From positions 1 through 18,979 of the forward strand of contig JBMFIG010000026.1 in NCBI GenBank assembly GCA_049976425.1: a stretch of 18,979 nt of DNA, read 5' to 3'. The position numbers and the translations under genes are program-made. The stretch comes from Thermoproteus sp. Its GTDB lineage: Archaea; Thermoproteota; Thermoprotei; Thermoproteales; Thermoproteaceae. Every line of letters starts with the position of its first letter. Within the stretch, counting starts at the first letter, position 1. The notes below the pieces were generated by a model. It saw only the letters and a program-made list of their open reading frames with translations. It had not been told where the DNA came from and did not search any database. Of this stretch, positions 1 through 8,078 are shown piece by piece.

Positions 1-47
1 CTATCTACCTCTTCCGTTAAGACTGCGACAAGATGTGGCTTGTTCAC
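1..47 (-). CDS. Possible 5' end of a gene running off the left edge (MNKPHLVAVLTEEVD...)
   Basis: GTG at 47..45 preceded by a GGAGG-like stretch; frame is open to the window edge. Too short to identify. Confidence 0.25.
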   Translation of the reverse strand, partial: MNKPHLVAVLTEEVD

Positions 48-357
48 CTCCCCGCCCTCCGCCGCGCCTCTAGGGATCTCGGCGATGGTGCTGGCGCACC
101 TGCGACTCCGCCGGTCCCGGTTTTTCTCGTACCGCGACCTCCGCTTATATTAATGTAAAGAGCGACGTACTACTTCGGCGATATGGGAAGGCGGTTCACC
201 ATCTGCCCGGAAATTTTTGTAAAAGTCATAGACTGCCGCCAGGCCGCGCGGCGGCTGCGGCCTCGGCGCCGCCTAGACGGCCATCCTCTGCGCGGGACGT
301 CTACTGAGGACTTCCGAGGGCCGGCCCGGCGCCTTCGGCCGGCGACGCTACGGCCGG

Positions 358-1515
358 CTAGTCCCTTTTCCTGGCCTGTTCGTACAAGGCCTTTAGGTAC
401 TCCTCCTCGGTCCCCTTGGCCTCGGGGTAGCTCTGCGCCGCGGCGGCGAGGGCCAGGACTATGAGCCACTGGGCCCTCCGGGGCGCGCGGGCGAGCCACT
501 CGGCGTAGGGCCCTCTGACCACGCCGCTGGCGTACAGTGCTCTGGCCTCCCGGTAGGCCTCCTCTACGTCGTAGTCCCGGGCTTTCCAGAGCCCCCACGC
601 TATCCAGAACCTGTGCTCCTCGTCGCGGACGCCCTCAGCGGGCAGGAGCTCGTAGGGATACCCGCCGTACTCGGTCTTGTGGCACGGCAACGCCTCCTCC
701 CAGCCGCACGTGGCCGCGGCCACCTCGCGGGGTCTGTCCGGCGGCGCGCGCCTCATGGCAGATCTGAGCGCGGCCTGGTAGTTGCCTATTGCTCTGTCCA
801 GAGAGCCTCTGGCCCTCCTGGCCAGCAGCCGGGGCACGTCGAGGGGCACCAGCGCGCCGCCTATCCTCCTGGCGACGCCCGCGGCCTCCAGCTCCCTGCC
901 CCGCTCCGGCTCCCCGAGCCTCTCGACCAGCTCGGCGTATGCGCCGATCTTCGCGTCGGCCACGTAGCCTCCCCGCGGCTCGACGCAGCTGGGGTTTATC
1001 AGACTGCTCAGCTTGACCAAGGCCTCCACAGGCGCCGAGTTCTCCCTGGCGAAGGAGATGGCCGCCTCCAGATATATCTCCGAGTAGCTGTTCAACACGC
1101 CGTACGTGTTCCACAAGACGCCGCCCGCCATCCTCGAGGCGTACAGGAGCGTCTCGCTGTCCGGCTCCTCCTTCTTGAGCACCCTCCTCGTGATCGCCAC
1201 GGTCCTCCCGCCGATCTCCAGCTCGGCGCCGACCATGCGCCTCAGACATTCCAAGTGTTCGTTGAGCCCGCCGGCGCCGCATATCTCCGTGAGCCGGTCC
1301 ACGAGCTCTTGGAACGCCTTCCTGCCCTCCTCGGACAGCCTTATCATCGCGGGGCGCCCGCTCCTCTGGAACAAGCCGCTGTGCGCTACGTAGGCTCTCA
1401 GATAGGACTCGCTCCTACCCGTGAAGAAGCTGAGGTCTCCGTAGGTGGCGTAGCCCTTGTAGCGCTCCAGATACCCGACCACCAGAGCCAGGGATAGGGC
1501 GAAGTCGCTGGTCAT
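358..1515 (-). CDS. Hypothetical protein (385 aa) with a probable N-terminal winged helix-turn-helix
   Basis: ATG at 1515 overlaps the upstream TGA (ATGA coupling), so it is preferred over the track's start at 1725. The N-terminus ATYGDLSFFTGRSESYLRAYV...IRLSEEGRKAF has a wHTH-like pattern. Confidence 0.75.
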   Translation of the reverse strand: MTSDFALSLALVVGYLERYKGYATYGDLSFFTGRSESYLRAYVAHSGLFQRSGRPAMIRLSEEGRKAFQELVDRLTEICGAGGLNEHLECLRRMVGAELEIGGRTVAITRRVLKKEEPDSETLLYASRMAGGVLWNTYGVLNSYSEIYLEAAISFARENSAPVEALVKLSSLINPSCVEPRGGYVADAKIGAYAELVERLGEPERGRELEAAGVARRIGGALVPLDVPRLLARRARGSLDRAIGNYQAALRSAMRRAPPDRPREVAAATCGWEEALPCHKTEYGGYPYELLPAEGVRDEEHRFWIAWGLWKARDYDVEEAYREARALYASGVVRGPYAEWLARAPRRAQWLIVLALAAAAQSYPEAKGTEEEYLKALYEQARKRD

Positions 1516-2594
1516 TCCATGGAGAGCCGCGCGGCGTTGAACACCGCGGCTTGCTCGGGGCTTGAGCGGGCGGTGTAGAGCTCCACCAACGCGTAGGGCG
1601 CCCCCAGCAGAACGGCGGTCCTGCCGTGTTGTCTGTGCCTGACCTCGAAGGAGTCGAGGGCCACGAGCGGGCCCCTCACGGCGGCCGCCAAGGCCCTCCT
1701 CCCCGCCCTCAAGACCAGCCTCCACCTCGCGGCGAACCTCCCGACGACCAGGTGGTTGCCCACGGCGAGCTTCACGACGTCCGCGCTCCTCAACGTCTCC
1801 GTTATGGAGGCCGCGAGCCCCCTCCTCCCGGCGTCCGCCCTCACGGAGAGGTGGAGGCCCCTTCTGCCGTTAGAGGCCTCGATCTCCACGCACCCGGCCG
1901 AGGCCTTGATCCTGTCGGCCGAGCCCGCGCCGTCCGTGATCAACCTGACGCCGCCGCACGCGGCCCCCGCCTCCCTCAACAAGCCGGCCAGATGCGCGGC
2001 GGCCCGGCGCAACAAGGCCCTCGCCTTGTCCAACGTGTAGGGCGTTAGGTAGACGCCGGGGAGGACCAAGGAGTGGTAGCGGCCCCGCTCCACGTTGTAG
2101 CCCCTCCAGGCCAGCCATCTGGCCAGCCCGACCTCGGCGAACCTCATCACGACCGCGTGCCAAGCTCTGTCCAGATAGTGCGAGAGATCCCTGGCTAGCT
2201 CGCCGGCTGAGTTGTAGAGGGCTATTCTGGCCACCAGATCTCCCTGGATCCTATACGCGCCGGTCTCGGTGACTGCGCACACGCGGGGCCCGCAGTGGCG
2301 TTGGAACCCCATGGCCCTCCTGACCTCCCCCTCGTCGAGCTTGTGGAGGCGCCCCACCACGTTGACGAAGAGCTTGCCGTCGTCGTTGACGCCGACGACG
2401 ACCCCCCTCGCGGTGCTGAAGACCAAGTACTCCCCGGCCCTCCTGGGAGGGTCCAAGCCCTCCTCCCACAGAAGCCTAAACGCTCTGTAGTGGAGCCCGT
2501 CTGTGAAAAGGCCCTCGACGCAGGCCCAGTCGCCGCTCTGCAGACACGAGACCAAGCCGGAGAGGGGGTCAATCCCCTCTGACGAACTGGTCAT
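1512..2594 (-). CDS. Hypothetical protein (about 360 aa) with GVNDDGKLFVN / RIQGDL / GNH / HRQHG motifs; true start may be 2640 across a frameshift
   Basis: Long ORF with host-like codon usage, translationally coupled to 358..1515. See the finding on the 5' frameshift. Confidence 0.75.
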   Translation of the reverse strand: MTSSSEGIDPLSGLVSCLQSGDWACVEGLFTDGLHYRAFRLLWEEGLDPPRRAGEYLVFSTARGVVVGVNDDGKLFVNVVGRLHKLDEGEVRRAMGFQRHCGPRVCAVTETGAYRIQGDLVARIALYNSAGELARDLSHYLDRAWHAVVMRFAEVGLARWLAWRGYNVERGRYHSLVLPGVYLTPYTLDKARALLRRAAAHLAGLLREAGAACGGVRLITDGAGSADRIKASAGCVEIEASNGRRGLHLSVRADAGRRGLAASITETLRSADVVKLAVGNHLVVGRFAARWRLVLRAGRRALAAAVRGPLVALDSFEVRHRQHGRTAVLLGAPYALVELYTARSSPEQAAVFNAARLSME

Positions 2595-2659
2595 AAAGGT
2601 ACACGACCTTGACCGCCGCCTTCTTCTTCAACACCTGCATATAGGCTGGATCGAGCATA

Positions 2660-2667
2660 TTTATAAA
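2660..2667 (-). promoter_or_regulatory. TATA box (TTTATAAA) for the leftward hypothetical operon
   Basis: TTTATAAA on the minus strand, 20-27 nt upstream of ATG 2640, which is typical leaderless spacing. Confidence 0.55.
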
Positions 2668-3036
2668 GATTGACGGCGGCGCCGGCCCCGGCCGACGCGG
2701 GCCGACCTCGCGGCGACGCGGCGCCCGAGAGCTCCAAACGACGAATCTCTCAACGGACTTTTACTAATATCTGTCCGAGATACCTGGTACGGAAGCTCGG
2801 ATACTTCGACATACTCCACGGCATTTACATAACATAATCAACGCGAGGCGGCAGACAGGGGTTGCGTCAAGCGATTGACGGACAATCCGCGCTTAGTCAC
2901 ATCCCCGCGATCTAGCCAGGCCTAGACGGAGGGGGATAGCCGGCAGGCACACGACCTGGTGAGGAGGGACGTAGGGCGCTTGGTCGAGAGGACCGTATCG
3001 GGCGGGCCGGAGCCCCGCTGGAAGACGCGGCGCCGC

Positions 3037-3525
3037 CTAACGCGGCATGGCTCCCGGCCGGCCCGAGCACGGCAGCTCGGCGCCCCATTTCCTGGCGACG
3101 CAGTGCACCTTCCACCAGGCGTAGAACCCCGCCAGATAGACGGGCACATCCAACGGCGACGGCGCGCCGTAGATAGGCTTGGGATACAGCGGCGGCACCA
3201 AGAACCTGTAGAGATACCCCAGCGAATAGACGACGAGGCCGCCCGCCAGAGCGCCCGCGATGTAGAAGGCCAGCGAGGCCAGCCTGCCGACGCCTCTGCC
3301 GAAGAGAAGCCCCGCGAAGAACCACAGCAAAAGATAGATCTCCATCAACGTGAGGCTTAACGGGAGATCTAGGTATATGACGAGTAGCTCCAGCAGTAGG
3401 AGGGCCAGATAGGCCGGAATCCACAGGGCCCGTCTAGACACTGCGAATAGGTAGGAGGACCCGTAGGCGAAAAACGCCGAGAACGCCAAGGCGTACAGCA
3501 GAGCGCCTCTCAGCACCTTATACAT
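3037..3525 (-). CDS. Small integral membrane protein (about 162 aa, 4-5 TM segments)
   Basis: Hydrophobic ORF MYKVLRGALLYALAFSAFF... beginning after the AT-rich spacer downstream of the 733-aa gene. The track's 237-aa version overlaps that gene and is not favoured. Confidence 0.7.
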   Translation of the reverse strand: MYKVLRGALLYALAFSAFFAYGSSYLFAVSRRALWIPAYLALLLLELLVIYLDLPLSLTLMEIYLLLWFFAGLLFGRGVGRLASLAFYIAGALAGGLVVYSLGYLYRFLVPPLYPKPIYGAPSPLDVPVYLAGFYAWWKVHCVARKWGAELPCSGRPGAMPR

Positions 3526-3580
3526 TATAAAATTTATTATCGATATTAAAAGAATAGATATTAAAAATAGAAAGATGGGA

Positions 3581-5782
3581 CTATCTATATTTATCGATGT
3601 TGCACGAATACGCATTGCCGCCGGACGAGAGGTCTTCTTGGGCTCCGCAGGTGAAGGTCCTGTATTGGTCGTAGTTGTAGACCGCGTTGTAGTAGATGTA
3701 GCTCTTCGGCATGTAGTACTCCGCCCCTCCAACCTGCGCCGTCCCGGCATCGTAGATCACCTTGCCGCACATCTCCACCTTCTTGACGGACACCACATAG
3801 TCGTCGTAGTCGCCGAGGGAGCTATACGGGCTGTTGAACACTACGCCGAATGCGACCGGCCTCCGCGCGTCTTGGTAGTTCACGTTGACCTGTACCACCA
3901 GATCTCCAGCAGACGTCGTGTACCACGACACGCTCGAGGGCCCCGACGCGGCGCTGTACAGATCTGCGGCGAACATTATCCAGCCGAACGACTCGCCCAA
4001 CGCCTTTGCTATCCAGCCAGCCGCCTCGAACAACCTCACCAACACCTCGACGATCAGCTTGAGGAAGGCCAGCTGGGGTTCGCTGGAGCCCTGCGTCTGG
4101 ATAGAGGCCAGTCCGACCCCCCAATCCCTTATCAAGGCGCCGTCCGACCCCCTGTATAGGTCTAGGTACAGCCTCAACGCCGGCTGCCCGCTGGAGCTAT
4201 CGCATATCTCGTAATTAGTGCGCGGCGACAGCACGCCCGCGAGCCTCATGCCATCTAACTGAATAGATCCCGCCCTGTCAATTATTCTTATATCAGCTCT
4301 ATACATATACAAGTTTACGCTGTAGTCTTGTAGGTATGTGTAGGTGGCCTGTAGCCAAGGCGTTGCGGCATCTCTGAAGATTCTGGACTCAGGCCTGTTT
4401 ATCTCCGGCCTCGCGACGCCCTCGATCCCCACATACCCCAGGAATAGGTAGTAGCCGTCGACGGGGCCTATTATCAAGCTGTCAGTCGCGCCGCCCGTCC
4501 TCAAATGCTCCCTGGCGTCGAACGTGGTGGCCACGTAGTACTCCACCACGGAGTTGCCGAGATCTCTGCCGTACGCCGTGGCTATCGGCGTCGATCCGAG
4601 GTATATGTTAATGGGGTTGGGGTACTTAAGCCCGGAGTAGTAAACGACTATGTCCGCCCTCAGTAACGGGTTCACCACCGAGCCGGGCGGCACGTGTACG
4701 CCGGGCACTATGACGTAGAGCCCGTTCTTGTATACCTCGCCGCCTACGCCCCCGGATATCACGTTGTGCCAGAGGGTGGGATACCTATAGACGGCCCCCT
4801 CCACGTAGATGAAGGCGTCTAGCGTGGCGGTTTTCAGAGATATGTCGGCGGGGCATATGGACACCGAGACGCCCTTGGCGGTTGAAGACGACCTGAAGTA
4901 GTGGCTGACCACGACGTACGGCGCGCTGTCGGGCAGATATGCGACGTACTGGTAGGTGCCTCCCTCGGCCGTTACGTACACGTACCACGTGGTCTTGGTC
5001 GAGGCGGCGGTTATGACCACGTCGATCCGCGGAACGCCCGGCGGCACCTCGAAGTAGCCCCCGCCGCACCACCTAGTCGAGTTCAACAGCGCCATCTCTG
5101 TTCCCTTTAGCTTGAAGGCGCCGCCGATGGTCCCCTGCCAGCTCAACGACCAGTCTCTGGTAGACGAGTACTGGGTCGAGATGGCAGAGGCCGACGGTTG
5201 CGCCGTGTCCGCCACAGCGCCGATGGCGGGCGGCCTCCCTCCGCCGATCCTCGCCACCTCGAGGGCCCTCGCGTTTATCCCAGCCGCCGTCAGGTTGGCG
5301 GGCACTGCGCCGGGGATATCGGTGGCGATGAAGACGTAGTGCACGTCGCCCGCGTCGGTGGCTATTTTGGCCAGTACGCCGGGATGTCCGGGCGGTTGCG
5401 GCCTCTGGTGCGCGCGGCCTCTGGGAAGGTACATGCAGATCTTGGTGTTGTTCCCGAGGATCGGCGGCAACAGCTTCACGCGATATATCGGCGGGTTCGT
5501 CTTGTTGAGATCCCATATATACACTGCGTCCACCACGTAGGCGTCCACGAACACCGGGACGGACATCCACGATGTGCCGTTCCACCAGAAGCCAGACACC
5601 ACGGGCCTCTCGCCGGAAAGCCCCAAGGAGTTCGCCGGCAGACAGACCTTGGACAGCTGTTGGTTCGCCGCGAATGCGTAGTCCGGCAACGGCGCCGGGT
5701 TAAAAGTCGACGCGGGCAGTTGCTGAGCCGCCGCGGCAACCGCCAAAGCCAGAACCGCGAGGGCCAACATCCTCAACAACAT
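3581..5782 (-). CDS. Large secreted or cell-surface protein (733 aa), function unknown
   Basis: Sec-type signal peptide (MLLRMLALAVLALAVAAAAQ), Y/V/T/S/G-rich body, several N-x-S/T sequons (NGT, NKT, NNT, NLT, NST), no C-terminal TM anchor. Confidence 0.85.
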   Translation of the reverse strand: MLLRMLALAVLALAVAAAAQQLPASTFNPAPLPDYAFAANQQLSKVCLPANSLGLSGERPVVSGFWWNGTSWMSVPVFVDAYVVDAVYIWDLNKTNPPIYRVKLLPPILGNNTKICMYLPRGRAHQRPQPPGHPGVLAKIATDAGDVHYVFIATDIPGAVPANLTAAGINARALEVARIGGGRPPAIGAVADTAQPSASAISTQYSSTRDWSLSWQGTIGGAFKLKGTEMALLNSTRWCGGGYFEVPPGVPRIDVVITAASTKTTWYVYVTAEGGTYQYVAYLPDSAPYVVVSHYFRSSSTAKGVSVSICPADISLKTATLDAFIYVEGAVYRYPTLWHNVISGGVGGEVYKNGLYVIVPGVHVPPGSVVNPLLRADIVVYYSGLKYPNPINIYLGSTPIATAYGRDLGNSVVEYYVATTFDAREHLRTGGATDSLIIGPVDGYYLFLGYVGIEGVARPEINRPESRIFRDAATPWLQATYTYLQDYSVNLYMYRADIRIIDRAGSIQLDGMRLAGVLSPRTNYEICDSSSGQPALRLYLDLYRGSDGALIRDWGVGLASIQTQGSSEPQLAFLKLIVEVLVRLFEAAGWIAKALGESFGWIMFAADLYSAASGPSSVSWYTTSAGDLVVQVNVNYQDARRPVAFGVVFNSPYSSLGDYDDYVVSVKKVEMCGKVIYDAGTAQVGGAEYYMPKSYIYYNAVYNYDQYRTFTCGAQEDLSSGGNAYSCNIDKYR

Positions 5783-5870
5783 ATAATAAAGATAAATTAG
5801 GATAAAAAGGTTTCGTTAGCGGCTTGCGGCGTGTCCAGTAGATAATTTAATATAGGGATCGGCATGCTTC

Positions 5871-6956
5871 GTGGAGGTGGAGGTAGAGCCCGGGGCTATC
5901 GAGCTGGGCGGCGGGACGCCTAGGCGGCCGGTCTTGTTCAGGGATAGAGCGGGGGCGGAGGTTGGGAGGATAACCCTTTACTGGCTCCAGGGGAAGCTCT
6001 ACGCCAAGTTCAAGGGCTCTCGAGAGGCGGCGGAGCGGCTGGCCTCGGCTATCAAGTCGCTGGGCGGCGAGGCCGAGGCTAGGCAATACGGCGGCCGTTG
6101 GTACGTCGTGATGACCACTAACCAGATCCTGGAGATCAAGGACCGGGGGTGGGTCGAGGCTGTGAGGGGCTTCGTCGAGGGGCTGTACAGGGGCGGGATC
6201 ATCGACGAGGCGAAGTATAGATCCCTCCTGGAGAGGCTGGAGGAGGGAGGCGCGGCGCCCGAGCTGGCGGGCGTGCGCTTCGGCGTGGGGCTCGACAGAT
6301 CGAGGGGCCTCGCAGTAGTGCATAAGCCCAAGAGCGGGGCCCGCTTCGCCGAGGCGGTGAGGCGGCTGAGGGAGTACGGCCTCGAGGAGGGGCTCCACTT
6401 CACGGCAGGCAGAGCCCCCAGCGGCCGGTACTACGTCAGGCTGACCCGCCTGGGCTTGGCCGAGGTGGCCAGGAGGGCCGGCCTGGGCGACGCGGAGGCG
6501 GCCCGCTTCTTGAAGGCGCTCGGAGAACGGGCCAGACGGCTCGGCGCAAGGGAGGAGGCCCTGCCGAGCCCAGCCGTTAGGCGCCTCCCCATAGGGCTGA
6601 ACGCCGGCGGCGTCGCCGTGGTTATCAAGTCGGTCGCGGCCGAGGTGGTGCAAGGCGCCGGCCCGGCCCGTCTGAGGATCTCGGCGGAGTATGAGGCGGG
6701 AGGCGCGGCGGGGCGCCTCTCGATAACGTACCGATGGGAGAGGACCACGGGCGGCCTGGCGGCTAGAGCCGACGTGCGCGTCGCCGATCCGGTGAAGGCC
6801 GCGGTCCTCAAGGCGCTGGTCGGGGAGTACTCTGTGAGCGCCGGCAGAGCCAAGCTGTTCATGCGCCACCTAGAGCGTCTGCGCGAGCTCGAGGGCGTAG
6901 CCGAGGCGGTGGACGCGTGGCTGAAGACCAAGGGCGGGGCCGCACGGAGATCATAG
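5871..6956 (+). CDS. PaRep2b-family protein
   Basis: Characteristic PaRep2b motifs RITLYW..GKLYAKFKGSREAAERLAS, GLEEGLHFTA and ADPVKAAVLKAL. TATA-like TTTAATATA lies about 20-25 nt upstream of the GTG. Confidence 0.85.
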   Translation: MEVEVEPGAIELGGGTPRRPVLFRDRAGAEVGRITLYWLQGKLYAKFKGSREAAERLASAIKSLGGEAEARQYGGRWYVVMTTNQILEIKDRGWVEAVRGFVEGLYRGGIIDEAKYRSLLERLEEGGAAPELAGVRFGVGLDRSRGLAVVHKPKSGARFAEAVRRLREYGLEEGLHFTAGRAPSGRYYVRLTRLGLAEVARRAGLGDAEAARFLKALGERARRLGAREEALPSPAVRRLPIGLNAGGVAVVIKSVAAEVVQGAGPARLRISAEYEAGGAAGRLSITYRWERTTGGLAARADVRVADPVKAAVLKALVGEYSVSAGRAKLFMRHLERLRELEGVAEAVDAWLKTKGGAARRS

Positions 6957-7009
6957 AGGTGCGGCATCTGTCGGGCCAGAGGAATCCGGGGGCGCGCGTC
7001 GGAGCATGC

Positions 7010-7310
7010 AGAAGGAGGCTAGGCCGAACCGGGGCGGCCGCGGCGTTGCAGGGCTTTGCCGAGTACTTCATCTTGTTGGAGGATTTAGGTAATGGTGCTG
7101 GGCCGTATCGGGTACGTGGACCCCGTCAGGGTCGTGGCCGGCCGCCTTGAGACAACACGGCACGGCTGTGCTTGCTCTGGGCTACTTCAAGGCGCCGGGC
7201 GGCCAGCACCACGTCGGATCGCTCGCCGAGAGGAAGGGCGTATCGGTCTACATAAGCAACCAGAACTTGACGGTGCTCTGGCGGCCGACGTCTAGAAAAA
7301 GGGATGGCGT
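7010..7310 (+). pseudogene. Possible degraded ORF split across three frames
   Basis: Protein-like segments in successive frames: ALQGFAEYFILLEDLG / MVLGRIGYVDPVRVVAGRL / HGTAVLALGYFKAPGGQHHVGSLAERKGVSVYISNQNLTVLW. No family recognised; boundaries are approximate. Confidence 0.3.
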
Positions 7311-7326
7311 GGGGATCCCTCCGTTG

Positions 7327-7953
7327 CTACTGTTGTTGTTTAGGTTTTAGGTAGATCTTGTTGCCTATTATCGCGTTGTTGGGTATCAACACCTTGGTCC
7401 CGTCGCTCTTGATCACTGTGGTGAACAAGGTGCTCACGTCCTCGACTACGCCGTCCTCGCCGACCAGGTTCACCGAGTCCTTTATCTTGAAGGGCCTAGC
7501 TACGAGCAGGAAAAGGCCTGCCACCGCCTGGCCTAGTACCTGTTGTGACGCGAAGCCTATGACGATGCCTAGGAAGCCGCCCAGCGCTACCCCGGCCGCG
7601 CCGCCGCCCACTGCGCCGGCTATCGAGGCGAGCATGGCGCCGATGCCTATGATCCTGACGACGTTCCTCACAGACGCCGCGACCGAGTGGTCGTACTTGG
7701 CCCTCATGCTCCAGTAGAAGAACTCGGCCACCCCTGACACTATATAGTAGCCGAAGAGCAACGCAAGCAGTATCTGGACGTAGCCCTCGTAGCTCTGGAC
7801 CTGTATGTTGTATTGGGGCAACAGGCTCGACATAAGGTAGTGGACGACTGCCGATATGATCACGTAGATCACGACGTAGACGACTACTCTGGCTATGGCC
7901 GCGCCTGTTCTCTTCGCCACTTCGGAGGCCGGAAGCGGGCCTTCTTGGCTCAT
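7327..7953 (-). CDS. mscS: Small-conductance mechanosensitive channel (MscS family)
   Basis: GG..GIVIGFASQQVLGQAVAGLFLLVARPFKIKDSV...GVVEDVSTLFTTVIKSDGTKVLIPNN matches the MscS TM3 and middle beta domain. Confidence 0.9.
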   Translation of the reverse strand: MSQEGPLPASEVAKRTGAAIARVVVYVVIYVIISAVVHYLMSSLLPQYNIQVQSYEGYVQILLALLFGYYIVSGVAEFFYWSMRAKYDHSVAASVRNVVRIIGIGAMLASIAGAVGGGAAGVALGGFLGIVIGFASQQVLGQAVAGLFLLVARPFKIKDSVNLVGEDGVVEDVSTLFTTVIKSDGTKVLIPNNAIIGNKIYLKPKQQQ

Positions 7954-7974
7954 GTAGCAAACGCCTTGGATCCT

Positions 7975-8078
7975 AATAAAAGACAGGAATTATACAAGAA
8001 TAATATATAAATAAATTGAAAAATCTAGTATAATATACAGTACTAATTTTATTTTTAAATAGTAATTTATTTCACTAG
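7975..8078. other. Extremely AT-rich intergenic tract
   Basis: Hand count gives 20 G+C in 120 nt over 7981-8100, against GC-rich flanks. Probably contains the mscS promoter and the MFS terminator. Confidence 0.7.

Noticed and set aside
170-1497. Overlapping ORFs such as 170..598, 183..464, 613..1497 and 635..1282
   Set aside because: Arg/Pro/Gly-rich shadow frames of GC-rich DNA, overlapping the better-supported 358..1515 gene.
1516-1725. N-terminal 70-aa extension of the 455-aa ORF
   Set aside because: It overlaps the upstream gene; the ATGA-coupled start at 1515 is more plausible.
5847-6869. 340-aa antisense ORF
   Set aside because: Shadow of PaRep2b with no recognisable motifs.
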